DNA from: Alphaproteobacteria bacterium | Lineage (GTDB): Bacteria; Pseudomonadota; Alphaproteobacteria; JBFXJJ01 | Length of the DNA stretch: 64,000 nt | Assembly: GCA_050175015.1 (NCBI GenBank) | Contig: JBFXJJ010000002.1 | Coordinates: forward strand, 32,001 to 96,000 | Direction: 5' to 3' | In this document: piece after piece, positions 32,322 through 42,252 of the stretch | Position numbering within the stretch: the stretch's first letter is position 1 | Layout of the letters: every line of letters begins with the position of its first letter | Notes under the pieces: model-generated | The model's database searches: none | Told to the model about the DNA's origin: nothing | Seen by the model: only the letters and a program-made list of their open reading frames with translations | Position numbers and translations under genes: made by a program

Positions 32322-32951
32322 TTAAAAGAACGCTCCTTTAACACCATCAATAACGAATTGAACCGAAAGAGCTGCCAAAAGAATTCCTAAAAGACGAGAA
32401 ATAATATCATTAACAGTTTCTCCTATTAACTTCACTAATAATGAAGAATAAAGAAACAATATTAATGAAATCAGCATTACTAAAGCAAGATAAACAAATA
32501 TCAATATTTGACTAACAACATCTCCGTGATATTTGCCCATAGCTAAAATAGTTGAAGTTATTGAACCTGGCCCAGCCAAAAGAGGAATCGCCATCGGGAA
32601 AACGGAAATATCTTCAAATGTTGGATCTCGAACAATCTTATCAGCAGTATCAGAACAACGTTGAACTCTTTTCTCAAAGACCATATCAAGAGCAATAATA
32701 AAAAGTAAAATACCACCACAAATTCTAAAAGCATCAATCTCTATGGCTAGGGTTTTAAATAGTGCCTCTCCCGTAAGACCAAATCCTAATAAAACTAAAA
32801 AACCAACAATTACCGATTTATAAGCCGTCATTTTTTTAGCTTTAGCATCAAAATTTGATGTCAACCTGTCAAATATCAACATATTAGATAAAGGACTTAT
32901 CATCACAAAAAACATTGTGAAAATAGTAATAAACAAATGCATTTTTCGCAC
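32322..32951 (-). CDS. MarC family membrane protein
   Basis: FRICGGILLF, VFPMAIPLLAGPGSI, RLLGILLAALSVQF. Confidence 0.9.
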   Translation of the reverse strand: MRKMHLFITIFTMFFVMISPLSNMLIFDRLTSNFDAKAKKMTAYKSVIVGFLVLLGFGLTGEALFKTLAIEIDAFRICGGILLFIIALDMVFEKRVQRCSDTADKIVRDPTFEDISVFPMAIPLLAGPGSITSTILAMGKYHGDVVSQILIFVYLALVMLISLILFLYSSLLVKLIGETVNDIISRLLGILLAALSVQFVIDGVKGAFF

Positions 32952-33091
32952 CAGATTTAAATTGTTTTAAATTAAGAGAATAATTTTAACTTGAGGGCAA
33001 TAAAGCCGAATTGATAAAAATATCAATTCGACCTTATTGTTTTTTTAGATTAGCATTAAACTAAACGTTTAAATACTTATTTTTAGAATAT

Positions 33092-34498
33092 TTAAGCTGA
33101 ATAGTACATATGATATTCAACTGGGTGTGGAGTATGTTCAAAGTTATAAACTTCTTCCCATTTAATAGCTAAATAAGAATTAATCATATCTTCAGTAAAG
33201 ACGTCACCCTTCTTCAAGAACTCACGATCTTCATCAAGAGCTGTTAAAGCTTGTCTTAAACTTCCACAAACTGTTGGAACGTTTTTAAGTTCCTCTGGAG
33301 GTAAATCATAGAGGTTCTTATCAATCGGATCTCCTGGATGGATTTTGTTTTCAATACCATCAAGACCTGCCATAAGCATTGCAGCAAAAGCTAAATATGG
33401 ATTAGCAGTAGGATCTGGGAATCTTATTTCAACTCTTTTTGCTTTAGGACTTGTAGCATAAGGAATACGGCAAGAAGCAGAACGGTTTCTTGCAGAATAT
33501 GCTAAAAGAACAGGGGCTTCAAAACCTGGAATCAAGCGTTTATAGCTATTGGTTGAAGGGTTAGTGAAAGCATTTAAAGCTCTAGCGTGTTTAATGATGC
33601 CGCCAATATAATATAATGCGGTATCAGATAAATCAGCATAGCCAGAACCAGCAAATAAAGGTTTGCCATCTTTCCACAATGAGTGGTGAGTATGCATACC
33701 AGAACCATTATCACCCATAACAGGTTTGGGCATAAAAGTTGCTGTTTTGCCATAAGAATGAGCAACATTATGAACAACATACTTATAAATCTGCATCAAA
33801 TCTCCAGCTTTAAGGAGTTCTTCGAATTTATAACCGAGTTCATGCTGAGAAGGAGCAACTTCATGGTGATGTTTTTCAACAGGAACGCCCATATCTTTCA
33901 TAACAGAAAGCATTTCAGCTCTTAAATCCACTGCAGAATCTACTGGAGGAACTGGAAAGTATCCGCCTTTAATTCTTGGTCTGTGAGCATAGTTACCCTG
34001 TTCATAAGTTTTTCCTGTTACATAAGGACCTTCATCAGAATCGATTTCATAAAACATATGATTCATCGAAACTTGGAATCTAACATCATCAAAAACAAAA
34101 AATTCTGCTTCTGGACCAATGTACAAAGTATCTGCGATACCTGTTGATTGGAGATAGACAGATGCTTTTTTAGCAATAGAACGAGGATCTCTATCATAAG
34201 CTTGTCCTGTTGCTGGTTCAATAACATCACAGAATAAAATTAATAAAGGTTGAGCTGCGAATGGATCAATAACCGCAGTTGAACAATCAGGCACTAACAA
34301 CATATCAGATTCGTTAATTGTTTTCCAGCCAGCAATTGAGGAGCCATCAAACATAATACCTTCAGTCAAAGATTCTTCATCAATCGTAGAAACATGCTGA
34401 CATGTATGCTGCCATTTGCCTTTTGGATCAGTAAAACGAAAATCAACGTACTCGATGTCGTTTTCTTTAATCATCTCTAAAACATTTTTAACTGTCAT
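33092..34498 (-). CDS. glnA: Glutamine synthetase type I
   Basis: [32 protein letters not shown] adenylylation site. Confidence 0.98.
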   Translation of the reverse strand: MTVKNVLEMIKENDIEYVDFRFTDPKGKWQHTCQHVSTIDEESLTEGIMFDGSSIAGWKTINESDMLLVPDCSTAVIDPFAAQPLLILFCDVIEPATGQAYDRDPRSIAKKASVYLQSTGIADTLYIGPEAEFFVFDDVRFQVSMNHMFYEIDSDEGPYVTGKTYEQGNYAHRPRIKGGYFPVPPVDSAVDLRAEMLSVMKDMGVPVEKHHHEVAPSQHELGYKFEELLKAGDLMQIYKYVVHNVAHSYGKTATFMPKPVMGDNGSGMHTHHSLWKDGKPLFAGSGYADLSDTALYYIGGIIKHARALNAFTNPSTNSYKRLIPGFEAPVLLAYSARNRSASCRIPYATSPKAKRVEIRFPDPTANPYLAFAAMLMAGLDGIENKIHPGDPIDKNLYDLPPEELKNVPTVCGSLRQALTALDEDREFLKKGDVFTEDMINSYLAIKWEEVYNFEHTPHPVEYHMYYSA

Positions 34499-34518
34499 CT
34501 CTTAGTTTTCCCTTAGTT

Positions 34519-34905
<387 letters not shown>

Positions 34906-34989
34906 TTATTTCTTTATGCAAATGATGTCTCTTGACTCAATCATTTTTTTTGTTTAAACAGCAAGTATAATATTTATGACGAGTTTTAT

Positions 34990-35067
34990 GGCGAATGTAG
35001 CTCAGTTGGTTAGAGCACCTGATTGTGGTTCAGGGGGTCGTCGGTTCGAGACCGATCATTCGCCCCA
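34990..35067 (+). tRNA. tRNA-His (GUG), integration site
   Basis: G-1 then GCGAATG...CCTGA TT GTG GT TCAGG...CATTCGC C CCA cloverleaf. Confidence 0.95.
35022..35067 (+). repeat. attL core
   Basis: ATTGTGGTTCAGGGGGTCGTCGGTTCGAGACCGATCATTCGCCCCA. Confidence 0.92.
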
Positions 35068-35073
35068 GTATTT

Positions 35074-35111
35074 AAAAGGGTTTCAAGGTTTTTACTTTGA
35101 AACCCTTTTTT
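35074..35111 (+). terminator. tRNA-His terminator (inside element)
   Basis: AAAAGGGTTTCAAGG...TTTGAAACCCTTTTT. Confidence 0.8.
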
Positions 35112-35114
35112 CTT

Positions 35115-35133
35115 GGGGCTACCTCGGGGCTAC
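35115..35133 (+). repeat. Putative integrase arm sites, left
   Basis: GGGGCTAC x2 at 11-bp spacing; same pair near attR. Confidence 0.7.
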
Positions 35134-35230
35134 CTTTTTAATCAAAAAATATAAAGAAATATCAGGTAAAAAAATTCATTTTATCAACAGGGAGTCTTTA
35201 TTTATTCTCTCTTTTTATTAGCAGTGGGCG

Positions 35231-35367
35231 ATTAACCCTCTACCCCTCTACAAGTCTTAATAACTAACGCTTACAGAAGAAACAACCCTCTACACAAAAA
35301 AGATGATGCAGAGGGGTGATCTCATGCTTTATCTCTTGGGTTTGCTTAGCTGTAGAGGCGTAGAGTC
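35231..35367 (+). repeat. CCTCTAC iteron module, copy A
   Basis: Three direct CCCTCTAC, then inverted GCAGAGGG, GTAGAGG, GTAGAG. Confidence 0.7.
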
Positions 35368-35372
35368 TATTT

Positions 35373-38300
35373 TCACTTGCTCCACTCATTAGAAAGCACT
35401 TCGGCTTGTTTTAATATGAGCTCAATGGCTTCTGGGGCTTTATCTGGTGGGTATTTATATTTTTGTAGGGTTCTTCTAACTAAAATACGAAGCTTAGCCC
35501 TAATACTTTCTCTAACCTGCCAATCAACCGTTGTTGATGCTCTTAGTTTTTCAGTAATTTCAACCGCAATTTTCTTTAAGATTTCATCGCCAAGCAATCT
35601 AACGGCACTTTCATTGTTGGCTAAAGCATCATAAAAAGCGACTTCATCAGGATTTAGTCCCAAGTCATCTTCTCTTTTTAGCTCTTCTTGAAAATCTTTA
35701 GCCATTTGAATTAGCTCTTCAATAACTTGAGCAGTTTCAATGGCACGATTGTTATATTTTCTTAAAGTTTCTTGTAAACGGTCAGAATATTTTTTTTGCT
35801 GGACAACATTATTTCTGGTCTTTGCCTTGATGCTGTCATTAAGAAGCTTTTCTAATAACTCAATAGCAAAATTTTTATGAGGCATATGTCTTACATCTTC
35901 AAGAAATTCATCAGACAATAAGCCTATATTTGGCTTATCAAGCCCGCATAAAGCAAAAATATCGGTTACACCTTCAGCAATAACGGCATTATCTAAAATT
36001 TGTTTAAGGGCAGAATTTTGTTCTTCTTGGGTAAGCTTTTTATCAACGGAAGTAAATTTTGTAATTGCTATTTTAACCGCCGATAAAAAGGCAATTTCTT
36101 TTCTAAATTCTTTGGCTTCATCAAGTGTTGAACAAAGAGAAAAGGCTTTGGTAATGGTTAGAACTATATCAATAAACCGTCTTTTGCCGTCCTCTAATCC
36201 TAAAATATAGTTTGCGGTTGGAACTAAAAGTTTTTGAGCTTCGGTTTCATATTTTGAATAGTCAAAACCTTCTGATTTGCTAGTTTTAGCAAACATAGAT
36301 CGAACAATATCCAGCTTTTCCATAAGAACTGCAAAAGCTTCTTCCGCTCTAAGGGTTGGTTCGCCTTTTCCTCTTGATTCAGCATAAGTTTTAAGAGCTT
36401 GCTTCAACTCGTTCGCTATACCGATATAATCAACAACAAGCCCGCCAGGTTTATTTTTGAAAACCCTGTTTACTCTAGCGATTGCCTGCATAAGGTTATG
36501 TCCCTTCATCGGCTTGTCAACATACATTGTATGACAACAAGGAACATCAAAGCCCGTAAGCCACATATCACGAACAATAACTATTTTTAAAGGATCCTTT
36601 GGGTCTTTAAAGCGTTTTTCAAGTCGTTTTTTTGTAGTTTTATTATAAATATGGGGGCGTAAAAGCTCTTTATCTGAAGCCGAACCCGTCATAATAATTT
36701 TTATTGCCCCTTTTTCAGAATTTTCATCGTGCCAATCAGGTCTTAGAGCTACAATTTCATTATAAAGATGAACGCAGATTTCACGGCTCATACCTACAAT
36801 CATTGCTTTGCCTTCTAATACTGAATTTCTAGTTTCAAAATGATTGATTAAATCTTCAGCAATCTGCTTAATTCTTGGAGTTGCTCCAACCAACTTTTCA
36901 AGCCTGCTCCATTCGCCTTTGGTTTTTTCACGGTTGCCTAAATCTTCTTCATCTTCAATAACTTCTTCAACTTGTTCAGATAGTTTTTCAATTTCTTCTC
37001 GGTTAATATCGAGTTTAGCAAGCCTTGATTCATAATAGATAGGAACGGTTGCCCCGTCATCTTCCGCATCTTTAATATCATAGATAGAAACATAATCGCC
37101 AAAAACGGCTCTTGTGTCTTTTTCTTCGCTTGAAATTGGGGTTCCTGTAAAACCGATAAAAGAGGCATTAGGCAAAGCGTCTCGCATATGTTTTGCATAG
37201 CCGAATTTATATGTCCCGTCTTTGCTTAGTATTGCTTTTAAGCCGTATTGGCTACGATGGGCTTCATCAGAAATAACGATTATATTATGTCTATCATTTA
37301 AAATAGGGTGCTGTTCTTCATCATTAATCGGAGCGAATTTTTGAACAGTCGTAAAAATTATTCCGCCTGCTTCACGTTCAGAAAGAAGTTGTCTTAGTTC
37401 ATCTCTATTATCTGCTTGAACAGGTTTTTGTTTTAATAATTCTTGAGAGTTGTCAAAAGTCGTGAATAACTGCCCGTCAAGGTCGTTTCTATCCGTAACA
37501 ACAATTATGGTTGGATTGTTCATTTCGGCTTGTTGTAAGAGTAAGCCTGCATAACAACACATTGAAATACTTTTGCCTGAACCTTGAGTATGCCAGATAA
37601 CGCCTGCTTTTTTATTTCCACCAGAATTTGATGCAGTAATTGTTGCTTTTACAGCTTCCCTGACCGCATGGAATTGATGATAACCTGCTATTTTTTTGAT
37701 TATTTTACCGTCATCATTTTCAAAAATTATAAAGTTTCTGATATATTCTAAAAACAGCTCTTTGTTTAAAAAGCCTTTGATTAAGGTTTCAATCTGCCAT
37801 TCAACAATAGGTCGATCATTTTCATTTTTAATAGTCCGCCAAGGCATAAAGCGTTCTTGGTCGGCGGTTAGAGAACCCACTCTTGCATTGTAGCCATCGC
37901 TAATGATTAGAGCTTCATTGAAAATAAATAAATCGCTGATTTCTTCTTTATAGGTTTGAAGCTGATTAAAAGCGTCCCAAATATCAACTTTTTCATCATT
38001 AGGGCTTTTAAGCTCAATGACAACAAGCGGAATGCCGTTAATAAAGCAAATAATATCAGGTCTTCTTGGTTGCCTTGTGCCAGAAATAGTAAATTGATTA
38101 ATAGCAAAGAATGAGTTGTTTTTGATGTTTTCAAAATCGATTAAAAAAGCGTGGTCGTTTTTTATTTGATTATCTTTTTTATATTGAACGGGAACGCCTT
38201 TTAATAAAAACCTGTGAAAAGCACGGTTGTTGATTAAGGTGTCTAAACTTTCAGGCTTTTTAAGTTGAGCTATAACTTGTTCAAGGCAATCTTTAGGCAA

Positions 38301-38474
38301 ATGAGGGTTAATTTTTAAAAAGGCTTTTTCAAGCTCTTTTTCAATAAGAACTTGATGATAGTTAGAACGAGCAGGCGAGGTGCTGTCTGGTGCAATGTCG
38401 GGACCATAAAAAACGTCCCAGCCATTGTCTTTAAACCACTCTAAACAAAGATTTTCTAATTCCGTTTCGTTCAT
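35373..38474 (-). CDS. hsdR: Type I restriction endonuclease subunit R
   Basis: RPDII...IELK nuclease motif, WHTQGSGKS, DEAHRSQY, FTGTP, LMQAIARVNR. Confidence 0.96.
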   Translation of the reverse strand: MNETELENLCLEWFKDNGWDVFYGPDIAPDSTSPARSNYHQVLIEKELEKAFLKINPHLPKDCLEQVIAQLKKPESLDTLINNRAFHRFLLKGVPVQYKKDNQIKNDHAFLIDFENIKNNSFFAINQFTISGTRQPRRPDIICFINGIPLVVIELKSPNDEKVDIWDAFNQLQTYKEEISDLFIFNEALIISDGYNARVGSLTADQERFMPWRTIKNENDRPIVEWQIETLIKGFLNKELFLEYIRNFIIFENDDGKIIKKIAGYHQFHAVREAVKATITASNSGGNKKAGVIWHTQGSGKSISMCCYAGLLLQQAEMNNPTIIVVTDRNDLDGQLFTTFDNSQELLKQKPVQADNRDELRQLLSEREAGGIIFTTVQKFAPINDEEQHPILNDRHNIIVISDEAHRSQYGLKAILSKDGTYKFGYAKHMRDALPNASFIGFTGTPISSEEKDTRAVFGDYVSIYDIKDAEDDGATVPIYYESRLAKLDINREEIEKLSEQVEEVIEDEEDLGNREKTKGEWSRLEKLVGATPRIKQIAEDLINHFETRNSVLEGKAMIVGMSREICVHLYNEIVALRPDWHDENSEKGAIKIIMTGSASDKELLRPHIYNKTTKKRLEKRFKDPKDPLKIVIVRDMWLTGFDVPCCHTMYVDKPMKGHNLMQAIARVNRVFKNKPGGLVVDYIGIANELKQALKTYAESRGKGEPTLRAEEAFAVLMEKLDIVRSMFAKTSKSEGFDYSKYETEAQKLLVPTANYILGLEDGKRRFIDIVLTITKAFSLCSTLDEAKEFRKEIAFLSAVKIAITKFTSVDKKLTQEEQNSALKQILDNAVIAEGVTDIFALCGLDKPNIGLLSDEFLEDVRHMPHKNFAIELLEKLLNDSIKAKTRNNVVQQKKYSDRLQETLRKYNNRAIETAQVIEELIQMAKDFQEELKREDDLGLNPDEVAFYDALANNESAVRLLGDEILKKIAVEITEKLRASTTVDWQVRESIRAKLRILVRRTLQKYKYPPDKAPEAIELILKQAEVLSNEWSK

Positions 38475-38581
38475 TCTTTCTTGCCTTGTTTTTTATATTA
38501 TGCTATTTATATTAAATACTCATCTACCAAGTGTAGAAGGAGCATCCGAGGTCGTTTTAGGCGACCTCTGCTTTTTTATAA

Positions 38582-39472
38582 TCATTTTTTAAACTCAACC
38601 TCTGCTAAAAATAGAATATTACAAGCGGCTTGATTAATTACAAATTTTGTAAAAACTTCATCAGGTTTGTTTATGCCCTCTGTTTTTCCATGAGCTCCTG
38701 ATTTATTTCTTGCGGTTCCTAATCCTTGAATAATGCCTGTTATTTGGTTTAAATAATCTTCCATAAATGGCGGTATATTCAAGTTATCTTTAATCAAAGG
38801 AAGCAACTTTGAAAGATTATCGGTTTCATTATATGTTATATTATTTTGATTAAACCTAGTTTTAATAACGCTTTCCATAGCTTTGCAAGCATTGGTTATG
38901 GCATTTTCAAAATCACCCTCTTTTAGGTTTTTATAAGCGTTTAAATAATCAGTATAAGCTGAGTTAAAATTTCGTAGAACTCCTAATGTTTTTTGAGTTG
39001 CTTCTTCATAAAAAACTTCATCTTCTATTTTGACAAGCATTTCTCCGTTATGTTGCCAACCAATACCTTCTCGTTTTAAGAAAAAATTTAGTTGTGAAAA
39101 AAGGTTTTTACATTTTGATTTTTTTCTACCTGCTTGGGTGTCATATACATGTTTATTTGCTTCATTATTTATTGCTTTTCCAATTTCTTCAACTACGGTT
39201 AATGCATAATCAACATTTGACGTTTCTAAGAAAAATTGTTCCAATTCACCTAAATAATAATGCATTTTTACATTTTTGTAATCTTCATGAAGTACAGATT
39301 CGCCGATATGTTTTCTAATGTATTTTATAATTTCTTCCAGACCATTTATTCCTGCTTCTTGCCATAACATAATAACTTGGTTTCTAACTTTTCTTGGCAA
39401 TTCGTCATAAGTAAATGTTGTTGGGAGCTCGCCTCGCTCTTCTCTTCTGCGTTCAAAAAAAGGAAGTGTCAT
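38582..39472 (-). CDS. AbiJ/Abi_C-like protein (STM4504/CBY_0614-like) with HEPN-type motif
   Basis: N-terminal FTYDELPRKVRNQVIMLW; C-terminal AITNACKAMES...RNKSGAHG. Confidence 0.7.
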   Translation of the reverse strand: MTLPFFERRREERGELPTTFTYDELPRKVRNQVIMLWQEAGINGLEEIIKYIRKHIGESVLHEDYKNVKMHYYLGELEQFFLETSNVDYALTVVEEIGKAINNEANKHVYDTQAGRKKSKCKNLFSQLNFFLKREGIGWQHNGEMLVKIEDEVFYEEATQKTLGVLRNFNSAYTDYLNAYKNLKEGDFENAITNACKAMESVIKTRFNQNNITYNETDNLSKLLPLIKDNLNIPPFMEDYLNQITGIIQGLGTARNKSGAHGKTEGINKPDEVFTKFVINQAACNILFLAEVEFKK

Positions 39473-40773
39473 ACCAAGTTCTCCACGAATTTTTCGGCAT
39501 CTTTGATGCGGATTTCGCCAGAAATTAGTTTTGGTAAAAGGGCATCTCTTGTTTGGGTAAGGGTTAGGTTTTGTTTTTCATTAGCTCTAATAAGCTCAAA
39601 AATACCATTTGCTCTAATTGAAAATATTTTTTCTATGTTAGAATTTGTTTGCAATATTGGCATCTTTTTTATTGTTTGGGAATTTACAGCGGTTGCAATT
39701 GAAGATGTGCTACCAAGTATGCTGTAATCGAACTGTCTTAAATAACAATAAGTCCATGTAAAATCTGGTGAGATTTGTTTTATTTTAAAATGTGATATAG
39801 CTTCATTTGTGCAGATTTTTCCAGATGCTATCTGAACTCTTCCTACGGTTAGTTTAAAACTCAATAAAACAGTATTTTGTGGTATAAGCTTTACATTATG
39901 CTTTTTTACAGCTTCTGGTGTTAAATATTCTGATGTCTGAGATGTAAATAAAGTATTAGAACCCATATCTTTTATAGACAGCCATTCTATATTTTTTGTA
40001 TTGGTGCTAAACCATTGAGGCTCTTTTCTTGGTGGAGTTTTTCCAATTGAAATGTCATAAATTTTTTCTGCATCAATATATTTCCACCCTGTAGGGATTT
40101 CGTTTTCATCTAGGGTGGCGGGGAAGAGGTTCCAGATTTCAGGTGGGAGGTATGGCAATGCTCCTGCCATTTTGGCTTTGGTTGGGGCAAAATCTACAAA
40201 CCAATCTTTAAAAATCGCACTCGCCATAGCCTCCAACGTCTCGTTCTGCTTCCTGTTTAACTCTATCTTATCATCTAACGAACCTAATATATGTGCTATC
40301 GCCTTTTGTTCAGATAAATCAATCGGCGCTATTAAAGGTGCACTTGTCATTGTTGATGCACTTGCGTTAGGTTGAGCGGATTTTTCACTCATAACACCAT
40401 TTATAAAATTACTAAAAACACTTGATTTCAAATAGTATGATATGAATTTGGAGCAAAAACGTTTGTTAATTTTCAAACGAACCAAATAAGAGGCAAATAT
40501 CGCTTTTGGTGGATTTTTTATATATATACTAGCCCCTGTTGAAGCCCCTGTTCTAGCAATAACAATATCACCATCATAAAGCTTATATTTACTTATTTTA
40601 TTATTTTCTATAACAACATTTGGAACAGATTTCCAATCTATATACCCCGAAACTATATCAGTTATTCTTAAAAATTTAGTTTCTAAGTCTTCATTTGTTG
40701 CAGAGGCTGTAAAGCCATAATCAATAGAACTACAAGCATCAGATAATTTAATTTCTTGCCAATCGCTAGTCAT
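39469..40773 (-). CDS. hsdS: Type I RM specificity subunit
   Basis: Two TRDs, EQKAIAHILGSLDDKIELN, TRDALLPKLISGEIRI. Confidence 0.95.
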   Translation of the reverse strand: MTSDWQEIKLSDACSSIDYGFTASATNEDLETKFLRITDIVSGYIDWKSVPNVVIENNKISKYKLYDGDIVIARTGASTGASIYIKNPPKAIFASYLVRLKINKRFCSKFISYYLKSSVFSNFINGVMSEKSAQPNASASTMTSAPLIAPIDLSEQKAIAHILGSLDDKIELNRKQNETLEAMASAIFKDWFVDFAPTKAKMAGALPYLPPEIWNLFPATLDENEIPTGWKYIDAEKIYDISIGKTPPRKEPQWFSTNTKNIEWLSIKDMGSNTLFTSQTSEYLTPEAVKKHNVKLIPQNTVLLSFKLTVGRVQIASGKICTNEAISHFKIKQISPDFTWTYCYLRQFDYSILGSTSSIATAVNSQTIKKMPILQTNSNIEKIFSIRANGIFELIRANEKQNLTLTQTRDALLPKLISGEIRIKDAEKFVENLV

Positions 40774-41081
40774 TCATCTGTTCCGTTATATATTTCAACA
40801 TAGTTTTTGGCTATTTCTGCCTGAAAGCTTTTGGGTAATTCGTCAAAAACCAAAACATCAATTAAAAAGGGGATATTGCTTTCAACCAATGCTTCTTTTA
40901 AATCAAAAGAGCTTCCTTTTTCGGTGCCAAAGGATTTTATGGCTAGGTCTAAATCGCTTCCCTCGTGGGCGGAGCCGTTAATTCTGCTTCCATAAGCCCA
41001 AACAATAGCTTTAGGGTATAATTCTTTGATTATTCCTTTTATTTGCTCTAAATGTTCAGGTTTAATAAAAAGCTTAGTCAT
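40770..41081 (-). CDS. Minimal nucleotidyltransferase (MNT antitoxin-like)
   Basis: YGSRINGSAHEGSDLDL (GS-X10-DxD), SNIPFLIDV. Confidence 0.9.
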   Translation of the reverse strand: MTKLFIKPEHLEQIKGIIKELYPKAIVWAYGSRINGSAHEGSDLDLAIKSFGTEKGSSFDLKEALVESNIPFLIDVLVFDELPKSFQAEIAKNYVEIYNGTDE

Positions 41082-41490
41082 TAGCAATTACGCCCTCAAG
41101 CTTTTTGGCATCTTTGATAAAATCTTCAATTAAGCTTATGGTTTCACTTGCGAACTTTTCGCCGTAATCGTGAGTGGTTGAGTTGCGGTTATCCCTATAC
41201 TTAAACCACCTTTCAACCAAAGCTTCTTCTAATAATCCGTGTTTTAATGCGTGTCTGAAAAGTTCTTTATAGGCTAGTTTATCAACTTCTTTTGAGCTTG
41301 CAAAATATGGCTTTAGTTTTTTTCTAAGCAGTTTTCCGCCTTGCTCTAATGTCATTTCAAAGCCTTTGACTAAAGAGTTGCGATACATTTCATAGTCTAT
41401 GCTGTCTTTAGGAGCATTTAATAACAGGCTGTATGATTTCTCTAGGGTTTCAATACATCTATTTAAAAATTCGGTGCTTATACTGCTCAT
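41074..41490 (-). CDS. HEPN RNase (HI0074-like, nucleotidyltransferase partner)
   Basis: KGFEMTLE, RNSTTHDY (R-X4-H-X-Y). Confidence 0.88.
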   Translation of the reverse strand: MSSISTEFLNRCIETLEKSYSLLLNAPKDSIDYEMYRNSLVKGFEMTLEQGGKLLRKKLKPYFASSKEVDKLAYKELFRHALKHGLLEEALVERWFKYRDNRNSTTHDYGEKFASETISLIEDFIKDAKKLEGVIAND

Positions 41491-42239
41491 TTTTTAGATG
41501 CTTCCTTTCGTTTCGCTTCTTCTTGCTCTAGCTTTTCTGCCAACTTGTAAAGCTTATCAATATCTTTGAAATTTTTGTTTTCTGACAAGTTTTTAACTTC
41601 TTCTAATAAATATTTAAACTCATCATCATAAATCTTTAGTTCTTTTGCTTTGTTTTCTGCCTCAGTAAATAATATTTCGTTTAAAAAGCTATCTGCATAA
41701 AATAGAAATTTATTAACTGTGCCTTGATTGCAAGTAATTTTTTTATATTCTTCAAAATCAGATATGATTCCTTTTAGTATTCTTACATCTAATTCAAAAA
41801 GTTCTTGCTTTATAATATCTTGAGAACAGTCAATTTTTTTTAGAAATTGTATAATATTATTTCTATATTTTATATGTTCAGTAATTTTTAAACCCGAAAT
41901 ATTAGTGCCATATTTTATACTTGAAAATCTTAAAGTCTGAATTATAGGGGCAGATAAAACCCCTGCTAAATCTTTTAGTTCTTGAATGGTTTGTTTTGCT
42001 TTTTGAGTGGTTTCTTCTGCCTCTGTTATAACTTTAAGTAAGTTAAAAAGGGTTAATTCTTTTATTTTAAAGCTAAATAAAACTATTAAAGTTATTCCTA
42101 TAACGCCAACAACAATACCGCTTTGGGGTTCATGCCCTTCAAAAACAACAACAAGTCCAAAAACCAATAAACCAAATAATGTTTTTAAAATGTTGGTCAT
42201 ATTATTTAAAAGCCATTCCCATAATTCTTTCCAAGTCAT
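41487..42239 (-). CDS. Hypothetical protein with two N-terminal TM helices and a coiled coil
   Basis: AGGAG RBS before ATG 42239; hydrophobic LFGLLVFGLVVVF and IVVGVIGITLIVLF; stop overlaps HEPN start. Confidence 0.75.
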   Translation of the reverse strand: MTWKELWEWLLNNMTNILKTLFGLLVFGLVVVFEGHEPQSGIVVGVIGITLIVLFSFKIKELTLFNLLKVITEAEETTQKAKQTIQELKDLAGVLSAPIIQTLRFSSIKYGTNISGLKITEHIKYRNNIIQFLKKIDCSQDIIKQELFELDVRILKGIISDFEEYKKITCNQGTVNKFLFYADSFLNEILFTEAENKAKELKIYDDEFKYLLEEVKNLSENKNFKDIDKLYKLAEKLEQEEAKRKEASKK

Positions 42240-42252
42240 TTTTAAAAACTCC

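Noticed and set aside
34976-35221. 81-aa ORF
   Set aside because: Reads through tRNA-His, its terminator and the arm sites; spurious
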